From Nitrospirota bacterium (GTDB lineage Bacteria > Nitrospirota > UBA9217): DNA of 64,000 nt. A program made the translations under genes and the position numbers. The DNA is taken from the NCBI GenBank assembly GCA_035623825.1, contig DASPSR010000008.1:1-64000 (forward strand). The letters are read 5' to 3'. Shown in pieces: positions 11,828 through 21,859 of this stretch. Positions within the stretch are counted from its first letter, which is position 1. Every line of letters begins with the position of its first letter. The notes beneath the pieces were generated by a model. That model worked only from the letters and a program-made list of their open reading frames with translations, was not told where the DNA came from and searched no databases.

Positions 11828-13507
11828 ATGAGAAAAGCACTGGGCATCGCATGTATCATTGTACTGGTGGCAGTTTCTTTCCTTGCCGGCAGATGGCACC
11901 AGAAGACGCATCTGGACGGCACTAGCAGCGCTCAGGCAGGCCGTAAGGTATTGTATTATGTGGACCCCATGAACCCGGGGTTCAGGTCGGACAAGCCCGG
12001 CGTTGCTCCCTGCGGCATGCCGTTGGAAGCGGTCTACGCTGGCGGTTCCACGGATCCTTCCCGGATGCCGCCCGGCACGGTGAACGTGACCACGGAGCAG
12101 CAGCAGTTGATAGGCGTGAAGGTGGCTACGGTCGAGAAGTCCTCCTGGAGCCACACCATCAGGGTAGTGGGGAGAGTTGTCCCCGATGAAACGCGCATTT
12201 ACCGGATCAATTCCGCCAGCGACGGCTGGGTAAAGACGGTTCTTCCCGTCACCGTCGGCAGCCTCGTCAGGAAGGACGAGATGATCGCGACGTTCTATTC
12301 GCCGGAGTTCTTCCCCGCGATCAAGGCCTATCTTTACGCCTTGCGCCAGCTTGATCGGTTCGAGGCAAGCGGGACGGAGACCCAGGGTCAGATCGACCTG
12401 ACCAATGCGAATATCGACAGCTACCGCATATCCCTCCTCAACCTGGGGATGAGCGAGCATCAGATAGAAGAAATGAAGAGCACCCGTCAAGGTGTAGACA
12501 ACATAGAGATCCGCGCGCCCGGGGCGGGCTTCATCACCGCGCGGAACATCTCGATCGGCCAGCGCTTCGAGAGGGGCGCCGAGCTGTATCGGATCGCGGA
12601 CCTCAGTCGCGTGTGGGTCCTTGCGGACGTCTTTGAGAATGAATCAGAGTATTTCCAGCCCGGCATAACAGCACGCGTGATCCTCCCCGACAAGAGACGG
12701 GAATTCCTCGCCAAAGTGAGCATGAGCCTGCCTCAATTCGATCCGGCATCCCGGACGATGAAGGTGCGCCTCGAGGTGGACAATCCCGGCTTCTTTCTGA
12801 GGCCGGACATGTTCGTGGATGTGGATCTGCCGGTCGCGCTTCCCAGCACCATATCCGTTCCGGTAGATGCGGTACGCTATTCGGGGCTTAAAACGACCGT
12901 CTTTATTGACCGCGGGCACGGGTTCTTCGAACCCCGGGAGGTGGAAACCGGGTGGCGCTTCGGGAACCGGGTCGAGATCGTAAGGGGGCTGATGCCCGGC
13001 GAGCGGATAGTAGTTTCGGGCAACTTTCTCATCGATTCTGAGAGCAGGATGAGGTCCGCAGCGGAAGGCATACGCGGAGTCGCCCAGAAAGACCCTGTCT
13101 GCGGCATGGATGTCGACGAGGTTGACGCCAGGGCCGCGGGAAGGGTGAGCGACTACGACGGAAGAAAATACTTTTTCTGCTCCGATGCCTGTAAGCGTCA
13201 ATTCGACAAGGATCCCGGGCATGTCTTGAAGAAGTCGCCCGCCATGGGAAGGCCCGGCACAATCACCGCTATGAAAACGTCGCCGGCCCTCGATGCTGGC
13301 GTGCAGCAAGACCCCGTGTGCGGCATGAAAGTCGAGAGGGATCAGGCCGAGGCTGCCGGAAGAACGAGCGCGTACCGCGGAAAGAACTACTATTTCTGCT
13401 CGGACGCATGCAAAGAGAAATTCGCTAAGGACCCTGGACGATACGCATCAAAACAAGAAGAAACTCACCTCGTCAATCATGCCGCCGGGGGGGGCAGCAA
13501 TGATTAA
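11828..13507 (+). CDS. cusB: CusB-like RND periplasmic adaptor with heavy-metal-binding domain and two C-terminal YHS domains
   Basis: YYVDPMNP..PCGMPL metal-binding motif, IADLSRVWV, LRPDMFV, GNFLIDSES; two DPVCGM..YFFCS/YYFCS..C..F..DP YHS repeats. Confidence 0.88.
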   Translation: MRKALGIACIIVLVAVSFLAGRWHQKTHLDGTSSAQAGRKVLYYVDPMNPGFRSDKPGVAPCGMPLEAVYAGGSTDPSRMPPGTVNVTTEQQQLIGVKVATVEKSSWSHTIRVVGRVVPDETRIYRINSASDGWVKTVLPVTVGSLVRKDEMIATFYSPEFFPAIKAYLYALRQLDRFEASGTETQGQIDLTNANIDSYRISLLNLGMSEHQIEEMKSTRQGVDNIEIRAPGAGFITARNISIGQRFERGAELYRIADLSRVWVLADVFENESEYFQPGITARVILPDKRREFLAKVSMSLPQFDPASRTMKVRLEVDNPGFFLRPDMFVDVDLPVALPSTISVPVDAVRYSGLKTTVFIDRGHGFFEPREVETGWRFGNRVEIVRGLMPGERIVVSGNFLIDSESRMRSAAEGIRGVAQKDPVCGMDVDEVDARAAGRVSDYDGRKYFFCSDACKRQFDKDPGHVLKKSPAMGRPGTITAMKTSPALDAGVQQDPVCGMKVERDQAEAAGRTSAYRGKNYYFCSDACKEKFAKDPGRYASKQEETHLVNHAAGGGSND

Positions 13508-16500
13508 CCGCATAATCGATTTTTCTGTCAAAAACAAGGTCGTCATCTTCGCTCTCGTCGCGGCCGCCTGCGTCGCGGGATGGTGGTCCATGAGGCATCT
13601 CTCCCTCGATGCCATCCCCGACCTCAGCGAGACGCAAGTCATCATATATTCCAAGTGGGACAGGAGCCCGGACATCGTCGAGGACCAGGTGACGTATCCG
13701 ATCGTGACTGCATTGCTCGGCGCTCCGCACGTTAAAGCGGTCCGGGGCTTGTCCGATTTCGGGTACTCCTATGTCTACGTCATCTTTGAGGATGGCACCG
13801 ACATCTACTGGGCCCGGTCGAGGACCCTGGAGTATCTTTCGGCAGTGCTGCAGCGCCTGCCGCAGGGCGTGACGACTGAAATAGGGCCTGATGCAACCGG
13901 CCTCGGATGGATCTATCAATATGCCCTTGTCGACGAATCAGGCAGGCACAGCCTTGCAGATCTCCGCTCCCTGCAGGACTGGTACCTGAGGTATCATCTG
14001 AAATCAGTGCCCGGCGTTTCGGAAGTGGCTCCCTTGGGCGGCTTTGTCCGTCAATATCAGGTGAATGTTGATCCCAACAGGCTGCAGGCCTACGGGATAC
14101 CGATCAGCCGGGTCGTCGAGGCGGTCCGCGCCGGGAACGCCGAGGCGGGAGGCAGGCTCATCGAGTTCGGCGGGACCGAGTACATGGTCCGCGGCAGAGG
14201 CTACGCGAAATCGGTCGAAGATTTCGGGAACGTCGTCGTCTCGGCAAGCGATACGGGCACCCCGATCTTCGTGAAGGACATCGGCGAGGTGTCCATCGGG
14301 CCGGACTACCGGAGAGGCGTGGCCGACCTCGATGGGCAGGGAGACGTCGTCTCGGGCATCGTTGTCATGCGCCAGGGCGAGAATGCCCTGGATGTCATCG
14401 ACCGCGTGAAGGCAAGGCTCAAAGAGGTGGAGCCCGGCCTGCCGGACGGCGTGAAGATCGTCCCCATCTACGACCGTTCCGATCTCATCCGCAGGGCGAT
14501 CGGCACGCTGAAGTCGACCCTCATCGAGGTGATCATCACCGTTTCGTTGGTGATCTTGATATTCCTGTGGCATCCCCCGAGCGCCATCATCCCCATCATC
14601 ACCATGCCGATTGCCGTTCTCATCTCCTTTATCCCGTTCAGGTCCATGGGCATCACCGCGAACATCATGTCGCTGGCAGGAATAGCGATTGCCGTCGGCG
14701 CCCTTGTCGATGCCTCGATCGTGGTCGTGGAGCAGACACACAAGCGCCTCGAGGAGTGGAAACAGTCAGGCGAGCAGGGAGACTACCGCGGGATCATCGT
14801 GGATGCGATCAAGCAGGTGGCCGGCCCCAGCTTCTTTGCGCTCCTGGTGATCGCTGTTTCATTCCTGCCGGTGCTGACGTTCGGAGCGGAGGAGGGCCGT
14901 CTCTTTAAGCCGCTCGCATACACAAAGACCCTTGCGATGGTCGTAGCCGCCTTCCTTACCATCACCTTCGACCCCGCGCTCCGGCTTCTCGTCACGAACC
15001 TCAAGAATTTCAATTTCAGGCCCCTGTGGCTCTGTAAGACTGCGAATGCCGTACTTGTCGGCACTATCCACCTTGAAGAGAAACATCCCCTCAGCAGCAT
15101 CCTGATCCGTCTCTACGGTCCCGTCGTCCGGTGGTCACTGCGCCGGAAGGGGGTGGTTCTTGCCATCGCCTTAGCCCTTGTCGTTGTCACGGTTCCTGTT
15201 TTCATGAAACTCGGCAGCGAGTTCATGCCGCCCCTCGACGAAGGAGCACTTTTCTACATGCCCACAACCATGCCGGGCATCTCGATAACGGAGGCCCAGA
15301 AACTGCTCCAGGTTACGGACCGCATCATGATGCGCTTCCCGGAGGTTGACCGCATATTGGGAAAAGCGGGAAGGGCGGACACGGCCACCGACCCGGCGCC
15401 GCTCTCGATGCTTGAGACGGTGATCGTCCTGAAGCCTCAATCTGAATGGCGCAGGATAGACACATGGTATGCATCGTGGGCGCCCGAATGGATGAAGCCG
15501 GTTTTCCGCCACCTGACGCCGGACCGCCTATCGCGCGAGGAACTTGTCAGGCAGATGAATGAGGCTTTGAAGTTGCCCGGCGTCTCCAATGCCTGGACGA
15601 TGCCCATCAAGGCGCGCATCGATATGCTTACGACCGGCATCAGGACTCCCGTCGGGATCAAGGTATCGGGGGCGGACCCTGCGGTCATCGAAGAACTGGG
15701 GGCGAAGATGGAAGCCTATCTGTCCTCGGTCAAAGGGACACGGAGTGTTTTTGCGGAGCGAACGGGCGGCGGATACTTCCTGGATATCGACTGGCGCAGA
15801 AGAGAGCTCGCCCGGTACGGCTTGAACGTCGAAGATGCCCAGAATGTGGTCGAGAACGCCATCGGGGGCGAGAACGTGACGACTACAATCGAGGGCCGTG
15901 AGCGCTACCCGGTGAACGTGAGATACCTGGCCGATTTCAGGCCCGATATCGGCGCCCTCGGGCGTGTCCTGGTTCCCGTAGCGGGCGGCCAGCGACAGAT
16001 CCCGCTCAGCGAGCTCGCGACCATCAATCCCGCGAGCGGTTCCTCAATGATCCGCGACGAGGACGGAATGCTGACCGGCTACGTCTATATCGACGTCGCC
16101 GACAGGGACCCCGGCAGCTACGTGGCGGAAGCCTCACGGCTCCTCAAGGAGAAGCTCAAGCTCCCGCCGGGATACGCAATCGCCTGGACAGGCCAGTATG
16201 AGGCCATGCAAAGGGTCCGGGAACGTCTCTCCGTCGTTTTGCCGCTGACGCTGTTCATGATCTTTCTGCTCCTCTATATGAACACGAGGTCCCTGAAGAA
16301 AACAATGATCATCGCCCTCGCGGTACCTTTTTCCGCCGTCGGTGCGATCTGGTTCCTCTACCTTCTCGGATACAATATGAGCATCGCCGTATGGGTCGGT
16401 CTTATAGCACTGCTTGGTGTCGACGCGGAGACTGGCATCTTCATGCTCCTTTATCTCGACATCGCCTACAATCAGGCGAGAAAAGAGGGCAGGATGCGGA

Positions 16501-16757
16501 ACCTTGCAGACTTGCGCGAGGCTATCATGAACGGGGCCGTCAGGCGACTCCGGCCAAAGTTCATGACCGTCGCCACGATGGCCATCGGGCTTATCCCGAT
16601 CATGTGGGCAACCGGGACCGGTTCCGACGTGATGAAGAGGATTGCCGCGCCCATGATCGGCGGCATCTTCACCTCGTTTCTCTTGGAACTGGTGATCTAC
16701 CCGGTGATTTACGAGGTGTGGAAATCGAATTTCGAAATGAAGAGTCAAAACATATGA
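13500..16757 (+). CDS. cusA: CusA/CzcA family heavy-metal efflux RND transporter (Cu/Ag type)
   Basis: DAIPDLSE, GPDATGLGW, EFMPPLDEG, APLSMLET, RIDMLTTG (the three Met Cu ligands), RLRPKFMT; start overlaps the cusB end. Confidence 0.93.
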   Translation: MINRIIDFSVKNKVVIFALVAAACVAGWWSMRHLSLDAIPDLSETQVIIYSKWDRSPDIVEDQVTYPIVTALLGAPHVKAVRGLSDFGYSYVYVIFEDGTDIYWARSRTLEYLSAVLQRLPQGVTTEIGPDATGLGWIYQYALVDESGRHSLADLRSLQDWYLRYHLKSVPGVSEVAPLGGFVRQYQVNVDPNRLQAYGIPISRVVEAVRAGNAEAGGRLIEFGGTEYMVRGRGYAKSVEDFGNVVVSASDTGTPIFVKDIGEVSIGPDYRRGVADLDGQGDVVSGIVVMRQGENALDVIDRVKARLKEVEPGLPDGVKIVPIYDRSDLIRRAIGTLKSTLIEVIITVSLVILIFLWHPPSAIIPIITMPIAVLISFIPFRSMGITANIMSLAGIAIAVGALVDASIVVVEQTHKRLEEWKQSGEQGDYRGIIVDAIKQVAGPSFFALLVIAVSFLPVLTFGAEEGRLFKPLAYTKTLAMVVAAFLTITFDPALRLLVTNLKNFNFRPLWLCKTANAVLVGTIHLEEKHPLSSILIRLYGPVVRWSLRRKGVVLAIALALVVVTVPVFMKLGSEFMPPLDEGALFYMPTTMPGISITEAQKLLQVTDRIMMRFPEVDRILGKAGRADTATDPAPLSMLETVIVLKPQSEWRRIDTWYASWAPEWMKPVFRHLTPDRLSREELVRQMNEALKLPGVSNAWTMPIKARIDMLTTGIRTPVGIKVSGADPAVIEELGAKMEAYLSSVKGTRSVFAERTGGGYFLDIDWRRRELARYGLNVEDAQNVVENAIGGENVTTTIEGRERYPVNVRYLADFRPDIGALGRVLVPVAGGQRQIPLSELATINPASGSSMIRDEDGMLTGYVYIDVADRDPGSYVAEASRLLKEKLKLPPGYAIAWTGQYEAMQRVRERLSVVLPLTLFMIFLLLYMNTRSLKKTMIIALAVPFSAVGAIWFLYLLGYNMSIAVWVGLIALLGVDAETGIFMLLYLDIAYNQARKEGRMRNLADLREAIMNGAVRRLRPKFMTVATMAIGLIPIMWATGTGSDVMKRIAAPMIGGIFTSFLLELVIYPVIYEVWKSNFEMKSQNI

Positions 16758-16887
16758 TGCGACGCTCTGGAAGGCGATAAGCGTCTCATGTGTTGCAGGG
16801 AATGAGCACGCGTGGCCATGAAAGTGAGTACTATGATCGCCGGTATCTGTTAAAGTGAAAACAACGCTTGCCGGGAAGGGAGAAAAG

Positions 16888-17724
16888 ATGGGTATCGAAT
16901 GGAAAGGGATGGTCAGAAAGCTGAGCGCGATCGCCTTGTTGGGCATTGTTCTGCTGCCCGCAGCCCGCTCGAGTGCCGAGGAATCGCCGGCGTTCAAGGA
17001 CCAAAAGGAGAAGATCAGCTACGGCATCGGGGTCGGCGTCGCACGTGACTTCGAGCGGCGGGGGGTCGAGCTCGATGTGGACACATTTATGAAAGGCCTG
17101 AGAGACGAACTTTCCGGCTCGAAGCTCCTCATGAACGAGAATGAGCTGGATTCAACGATGCATGCATACGAGCACGAGCTGAGACTGAAACAGCAAGAGC
17201 GGGAGAAGGCCGCAGCCGCGGAGAACAAGAAGACCGGCGAGGCCTTTCTCTCCGAGAACGCGAAGAAAGAGGGCGTCATAACCCTTCCCAGCGGATTGCA
17301 GTACAAGGTCCTTAAGGCGGGCAATGGCGATAAACCCACCGATGCAGATTCGGTGTTGATCAACTATCGCGGTACACTGATCGATGGGAAAGAGTTCGAC
17401 AGCTCCTATCGCGCTGGACAGCCGGCTGCGTTCACGGTCATCGGGGTTCTCCCGGGTTTGAGGGAGGCATTGAAGCTCATGAACACGGGCTCACGGTGGC
17501 AGATCTTCATCCCCTCCCAGCTCGGTTACGGAGAGAGGAGAGTGTACGAGGTCGGGCCGAATTCCACGCTTATCTTCGACGTGGAGATCGTGTCGCTCAA
17601 GAAGAGCGCTCCGTCCGGTGAAACTGACGAAGGCAAGACGTCTGCCGGGACGGAAGCCCAACCCAGTCCAGAAGGCAAGAAATCGCCGGCAGGGACCTCG
17701 CCCGACACCGGCGCGGCGCACTAG
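16888..17724 (+). CDS. FKBP-type peptidyl-prolyl isomerase (FkpA/Mip-like), exported
   Basis: Signal peptide, KISYGIG, LPSGLQYKVL, YRGTLIDGKEFDSS, PNSTLIFDVE; start uncertain (16855-16909). Confidence 0.9.
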   Translation: MGIEWKGMVRKLSAIALLGIVLLPAARSSAEESPAFKDQKEKISYGIGVGVARDFERRGVELDVDTFMKGLRDELSGSKLLMNENELDSTMHAYEHELRLKQQEREKAAAAENKKTGEAFLSENAKKEGVITLPSGLQYKVLKAGNGDKPTDADSVLINYRGTLIDGKEFDSSYRAGQPAAFTVIGVLPGLREALKLMNTGSRWQIFIPSQLGYGERRVYEVGPNSTLIFDVEIVSLKKSAPSGETDEGKTSAGTEAQPSPEGKKSPAGTSPDTGAAH

Positions 17725-17889
17725 CCGCGGCCATGAGCGCCGTGCATCCCATGCGGGGGACGAGGGCAGGGTAGATACCGCATCCATCAATTGTATGCGG
17801 GCAGAACAGGGGGGCTTGCGGTCGCCCAGATGATCCGCTCTGCCCGCAACAAGTGGCACGTTCCGAGTCGCTATACAGGGGAGGTCAAT

Positions 17890-18348
17890 ATGAGAAGTCG
17901 ACGTGCTTTAGCGGCTTTCTTAGCCACCCTTATTCTGGTCTCTCTGCTTGCATGCGGCAGTGGTCAAGGAGGAAACAATGCAAGCCCGGACGATCAGGTC
18001 CTCGCTGCAGGTGAAGGCCTGAGTTCAAAAATAAATTCGGAGAATCCACTGATCGGGACCTGGGTCAGCGGGGAATACAGCCTTACGTTTACCTCAGAAA
18101 ATACATATCTCATCGGTCTCAAGCCCGACGGTAGCCAGGTGGCTTGGGGAAACGTCACGATAAGCGGTAACGTGGTGATATTTTCCGAATCTGCTGTCGG
18201 CAATCCTTCCGGCCGGAAGGACGGCGGGCAGATCGTTGGCGGCACCTATACGTATACTATTTACGGCACTACACTGATCCTTAGCCCCGTTCTCGACTTG
18301 TGTCGAGATCGGGCAAATATCCTGTGTCTCCGTTATCAGAAGAGATAA
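17890..18348 (+). CDS. hypothetical lipoprotein (beta-rich, lipocalin-like LIGTW motif)
   Basis: RBS GGAGG, lipobox LLAC, NPLIGTW. Confidence 0.6.
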   Translation: MRSRRALAAFLATLILVSLLACGSGQGGNNASPDDQVLAAGEGLSSKINSENPLIGTWVSGEYSLTFTSENTYLIGLKPDGSQVAWGNVTISGNVVIFSESAVGNPSGRKDGGQIVGGTYTYTIYGTTLILSPVLDLCRDRANILCLRYQKR

Positions 18349-18405
18349 CACAGTAGGCAGTTATTGTCCTTTATGCTTCAAAGAGAACAATCTGGCCCTG
18401 TGAAG

Positions 18406-18430
18406 AAAGCGGCGGTTCGCCGCTTTTTTT
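18406..18430 (+). terminator. intrinsic terminator
   Basis: AAAGCGGCG-GTT-CGCCGCTTT followed by a T run. Confidence 0.75.
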
Positions 18431-18628
18431 GACATCCGACCCTCCTTTTATTTTTCCCCCCTCCTGCGTTCTCCCGCCCGTCCCGTTACGGAGACGCTGT
18501 TCTGATATGGAATTTGGATAGGAAATATGATATGATACGAAACTACACATGCGGACGTAACCCGCGGTAGCAGGGCACTGAATATCCCGGGAGGAAAGCA
18601 TGTGATGTTGGGGGGTTATAACGGGAAT

Positions 18629-18805
18629 ATGAGAAGAGAAACGTGGTTCTTTCTGTTCCTCTTAGGCGTTCTGTTTTTCAGCTGGCCCATCATGAGCATA
18701 TTCAAGGACAATCTGGTGATCTCCCTCTTCGTTGTCTGGCTTGTTTTCATCATCCTTATTTTCATAACCTCGATCTTCTCAGAGGGCGAGGACGGCGGAG
18801 GCTAA
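18629..18805 (+). CDS. small two-TM membrane protein, CbrX-like
   Basis: 58 codons, two hydrophobic helices, stop codon directly abutting the TTG start of the SLC5-kinase. Confidence 0.65.
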   Translation: MRRETWFFLFLLGVLFFSWPIMSIFKDNLVISLFVVWLVFIILIFITSIFSEGEDGGG

Positions 18806-21751
18806 TTGTTTTCTCCCTGGACATTGCTGTTCATCATACTGTGCTATCTTCTTCTCCTGTTCTTCGTTGCCTATTTCGCCGAACGGAAGGAACTGCAGGG
18901 GAAGAGCCTGGTGTCGAACCCGTATGTCTATTCGCTGTCCTTGGCCGTATACTGCACCTCGTGGACCTTCTACGGAAGCGTGGGGAAGGCGGCGAACGCG
19001 GGCCTGAGCTTCCTCACGATCTATGTGGGCCCCACGCTCATGGCCGCTCTCTGGTGGGTCGTTCTCAGAAAGATCGTCTATATCTCCAAAGAGAACAGGA
19101 TCACCACGATCTCGGACTTCGTCGCCTCCCGGTACGGCAAATCGCTCTCGCTTTCGGTGCTGGTGACGCTCGTGGCGGTAGTTGGCATTACCCCGTACCT
19201 CGGTCTCCAGCTCAAGGCCGTCATGACCGCATTCTCCATGCTTTCCGGAAGGCCTGAAGGAAGCCATTTCGCCGGCTGGTTCATCTCGCTGCTCTTAGGC
19301 GTTTTTGCAATCATGTTCGGTGCCCGCAGGCTCGATGCCTCGGAACGCCACGGCGGCCTGGTCTTCGCCGTGGCCTTCGAGTCGGCTATCAAGCTCGTGG
19401 CGTTCCTGGCGGTCGGGGTCTTCGTCACCTACGGCCTGTTCAACGGCTTCGGCGACATCTTCGGCAGGATACAGCAGGGGCCCTACGCCTCGCTCATGAA
19501 GATCGGCGGCGACTCGGGGGTGAGCTTCCTTGAATGGACATCGCTCACGTTCCTGTCCATGATGGCGATACTGTTCCTGCCCCGCCAGTTCCATGTCGCC
19601 GTCGTTGAGAATTATTCAGCGGATCATATCAAGAAGGCCATGTGGCTGTTCCCGCTCTACCTCTTCCTGATCAACATCTTCGTCCTCCCCATTGCCTACG
19701 GCGGCCTGCTCCTCGGTGATCTGCAGTCGCCTGCGGATTACTTTGTTCTCGGCATTCCAATGCAGTACGGGCACGCCCTCCTCACCCTGATCGTTTTCAT
19801 CGGCGGTTTCTCCGCGGCGACGGCCATGATCATCGTGGAGTCGCTCGCCTTGAGCACCATGGTGATGAACAGCTTCGTCATGCCGACGCTCTGGGACTTG
19901 AGCGCGATCAGGAACTTCCGTGCCGTCATGCTGAACATCAAGCGCATCGTCATCCTCGGCTGCGTGTTCCTCGGATACGCCTTCGCCGTGTACATCGGGG
20001 AATTCTACAGCCTCGTGGACATCGGCCTCAAATCATTCGAGGCGGTCACCATCTTCGCCCCGTCCATCCTGCTCGGGCTCTACTGGAAGGGCGGGAACAG
20101 AAAAGGGGCGGCCGCGGGCATCATAGCGGGATTTTCCGTCTGGATCTACACCCTGCTCATCCCGGCGCTCATGCGCGCGGGCATCATCGAACGGGAAGGC
20201 ATCATGCAAGCGGTCTTCAACTCCACGCTCCTGAACCCCACGGCGCTCTTCGGGCTCCAGGGTCTCGACCGCTGGAGCCATTCGCTCTTCTGGGGAATGC
20301 TCCTGAACCTGTTATGCTATGTGGGAGTCTCGCTCTTCACGAAACAGTCGGATGAAGAGACGCGGCAGGCGATCATCTTCGTGGAGTCCTACACGCCGTC
20401 GCATTTTCACCTGACCCACAGGCCCACGGCCATTTCCGAGATCGAGGGGATCCTGGGACAGTACATCGGCCCGGACGAAGCGCGGGAGGAGGTCGAGGGC
20501 TTTCTGGCCAGGAACGCGCTTAACCGGGAGTCGCTGTCGGAAGAGTGGCTTTTGAGGCTCCGGGACGAGGCTGAGCGCATACTCTCGGGCGCCCTCGGCC
20601 CCTCCATCAGCACCCTCATCTTCCAGGACCGGACGGTCCTGACGCACGACGAGTCGATTCGAGTCTCGAACTCCATCCAGCAGATATCGCGCAGCCTGCG
20701 TCTGTCCCGGCAGGAGCTCGCCGAGGCGAACCGCAAGCTCGCCATGCTCAAGGAGTTCAGCGAGAACATCATCGAGAGCCTTCCCCTGGGCGTGGCGACC
20801 CTGGATGAGACCTTGCGGGTGACCTACTGGAACAGCGGCATGGAGCTGATCACGGGAGTGGAGAAATCGGACGCCCTGGGCGGCGAAGCCGCGCGCCTGC
20901 TCACCTGCCTGGAACCGCGCCTCTTTACGTCGGACATGCGCGAGGGCGAGATCACGTGCAGGCGGAACTTCGATCCGCAGATCATCCTCAAGGGGCACCT
21001 GAGCAGGCTCACCGGCGCGCAGAAGGGGTATGTGCTCGTGCTCGAAGACATCACCGAAAAGAAAAAGATCGAGGAGGAGCTCTTCCGGGCGACCAAGCAC
21101 GCGAGCGTCGGCCGGCTCGCCGCGGGCGTGTCGCATGAGATCGGGAACCCGCTCGCCTCCATTTCCTCGCTGGTGCAGGAGCTGCTCTCGGAGGACATGT
21201 CCCCGTTCGTAAAAGGGTCCCTGTCCACCATCCATGAGCACGTGCACCGGATCGCCCGGATCGTGAGGAACTTAGGCGACTTCGCGCGGCTCTACCCCCG
21301 GCAGAAAGTGCCGACGAGCCTCCGGGAGATCCTTGACAACACGCTCAACCTCGTCCGGTATGACAAGAACTTCAGGAAGATCGACATCCGCACAGAGGTG
21401 TCCGATACCCCGCCGCTTAAGATCGATCCGGACCAGATCCAGCAGGTGTTCCTCAACCTCATCCTGAACGCGCGGGACGCCATGCCGGACGGAGGAAGGC
21501 TTGAAATATCGGTCAAACGGTCGGACGGCAATGTCGAGATGCTATTCGCGGACACGGGACCGGGCATCGACGCCGAGATCAAGGACAAGGTCTTTGATCC
21601 CTTCTTCACCACCAAGGGGCCGACCAAGGGCACGGGCCTGGGTCTTTCCATCTGCTACAGCATCATCAAGGACCACGGCGGCACAATCGAGATAGACTCG
21701 GAGAAGGGCAAGGGGACCCGGTTCATCATCAGGATGCCGGCAGGGGCATAG
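18806..21751 (+). CDS. sodium:solute symporter (SLC5)-PAS-histidine kinase fusion, CbrA/CrbS family
   Basis: YSLSLAVYCTSWTFYGSVG and LPRQFHVAVVEN transporter motifs; STAC-like region; PAS; HEIGNPL H-box; PFFTTK..GTGLGL. Confidence 0.92.
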   Translation: MFSPWTLLFIILCYLLLLFFVAYFAERKELQGKSLVSNPYVYSLSLAVYCTSWTFYGSVGKAANAGLSFLTIYVGPTLMAALWWVVLRKIVYISKENRITTISDFVASRYGKSLSLSVLVTLVAVVGITPYLGLQLKAVMTAFSMLSGRPEGSHFAGWFISLLLGVFAIMFGARRLDASERHGGLVFAVAFESAIKLVAFLAVGVFVTYGLFNGFGDIFGRIQQGPYASLMKIGGDSGVSFLEWTSLTFLSMMAILFLPRQFHVAVVENYSADHIKKAMWLFPLYLFLINIFVLPIAYGGLLLGDLQSPADYFVLGIPMQYGHALLTLIVFIGGFSAATAMIIVESLALSTMVMNSFVMPTLWDLSAIRNFRAVMLNIKRIVILGCVFLGYAFAVYIGEFYSLVDIGLKSFEAVTIFAPSILLGLYWKGGNRKGAAAGIIAGFSVWIYTLLIPALMRAGIIEREGIMQAVFNSTLLNPTALFGLQGLDRWSHSLFWGMLLNLLCYVGVSLFTKQSDEETRQAIIFVESYTPSHFHLTHRPTAISEIEGILGQYIGPDEAREEVEGFLARNALNRESLSEEWLLRLRDEAERILSGALGPSISTLIFQDRTVLTHDESIRVSNSIQQISRSLRLSRQELAEANRKLAMLKEFSENIIESLPLGVATLDETLRVTYWNSGMELITGVEKSDALGGEAARLLTCLEPRLFTSDMREGEITCRRNFDPQIILKGHLSRLTGAQKGYVLVLEDITEKKKIEEELFRATKHASVGRLAAGVSHEIGNPLASISSLVQELLSEDMSPFVKGSLSTIHEHVHRIARIVRNLGDFARLYPRQKVPTSLREILDNTLNLVRYDKNFRKIDIRTEVSDTPPLKIDPDQIQQVFLNLILNARDAMPDGGRLEISVKRSDGNVEMLFADTGPGIDAEIKDKVFDPFFTTKGPTKGTGLGLSICYSIIKDHGGTIEIDSEKGKGTRFIIRMPAGA

Positions 21752-21859
21752 AGGCTGAGCTTTCATTATCGCCCGGTACGCTTCTTTTTTTTGCGCGGCA
21801 GACAGCCGCGAATCCCGTTCCGCAGTTTTAGCGGGCGCTTTTTTTAGATCGGGGAGCGC

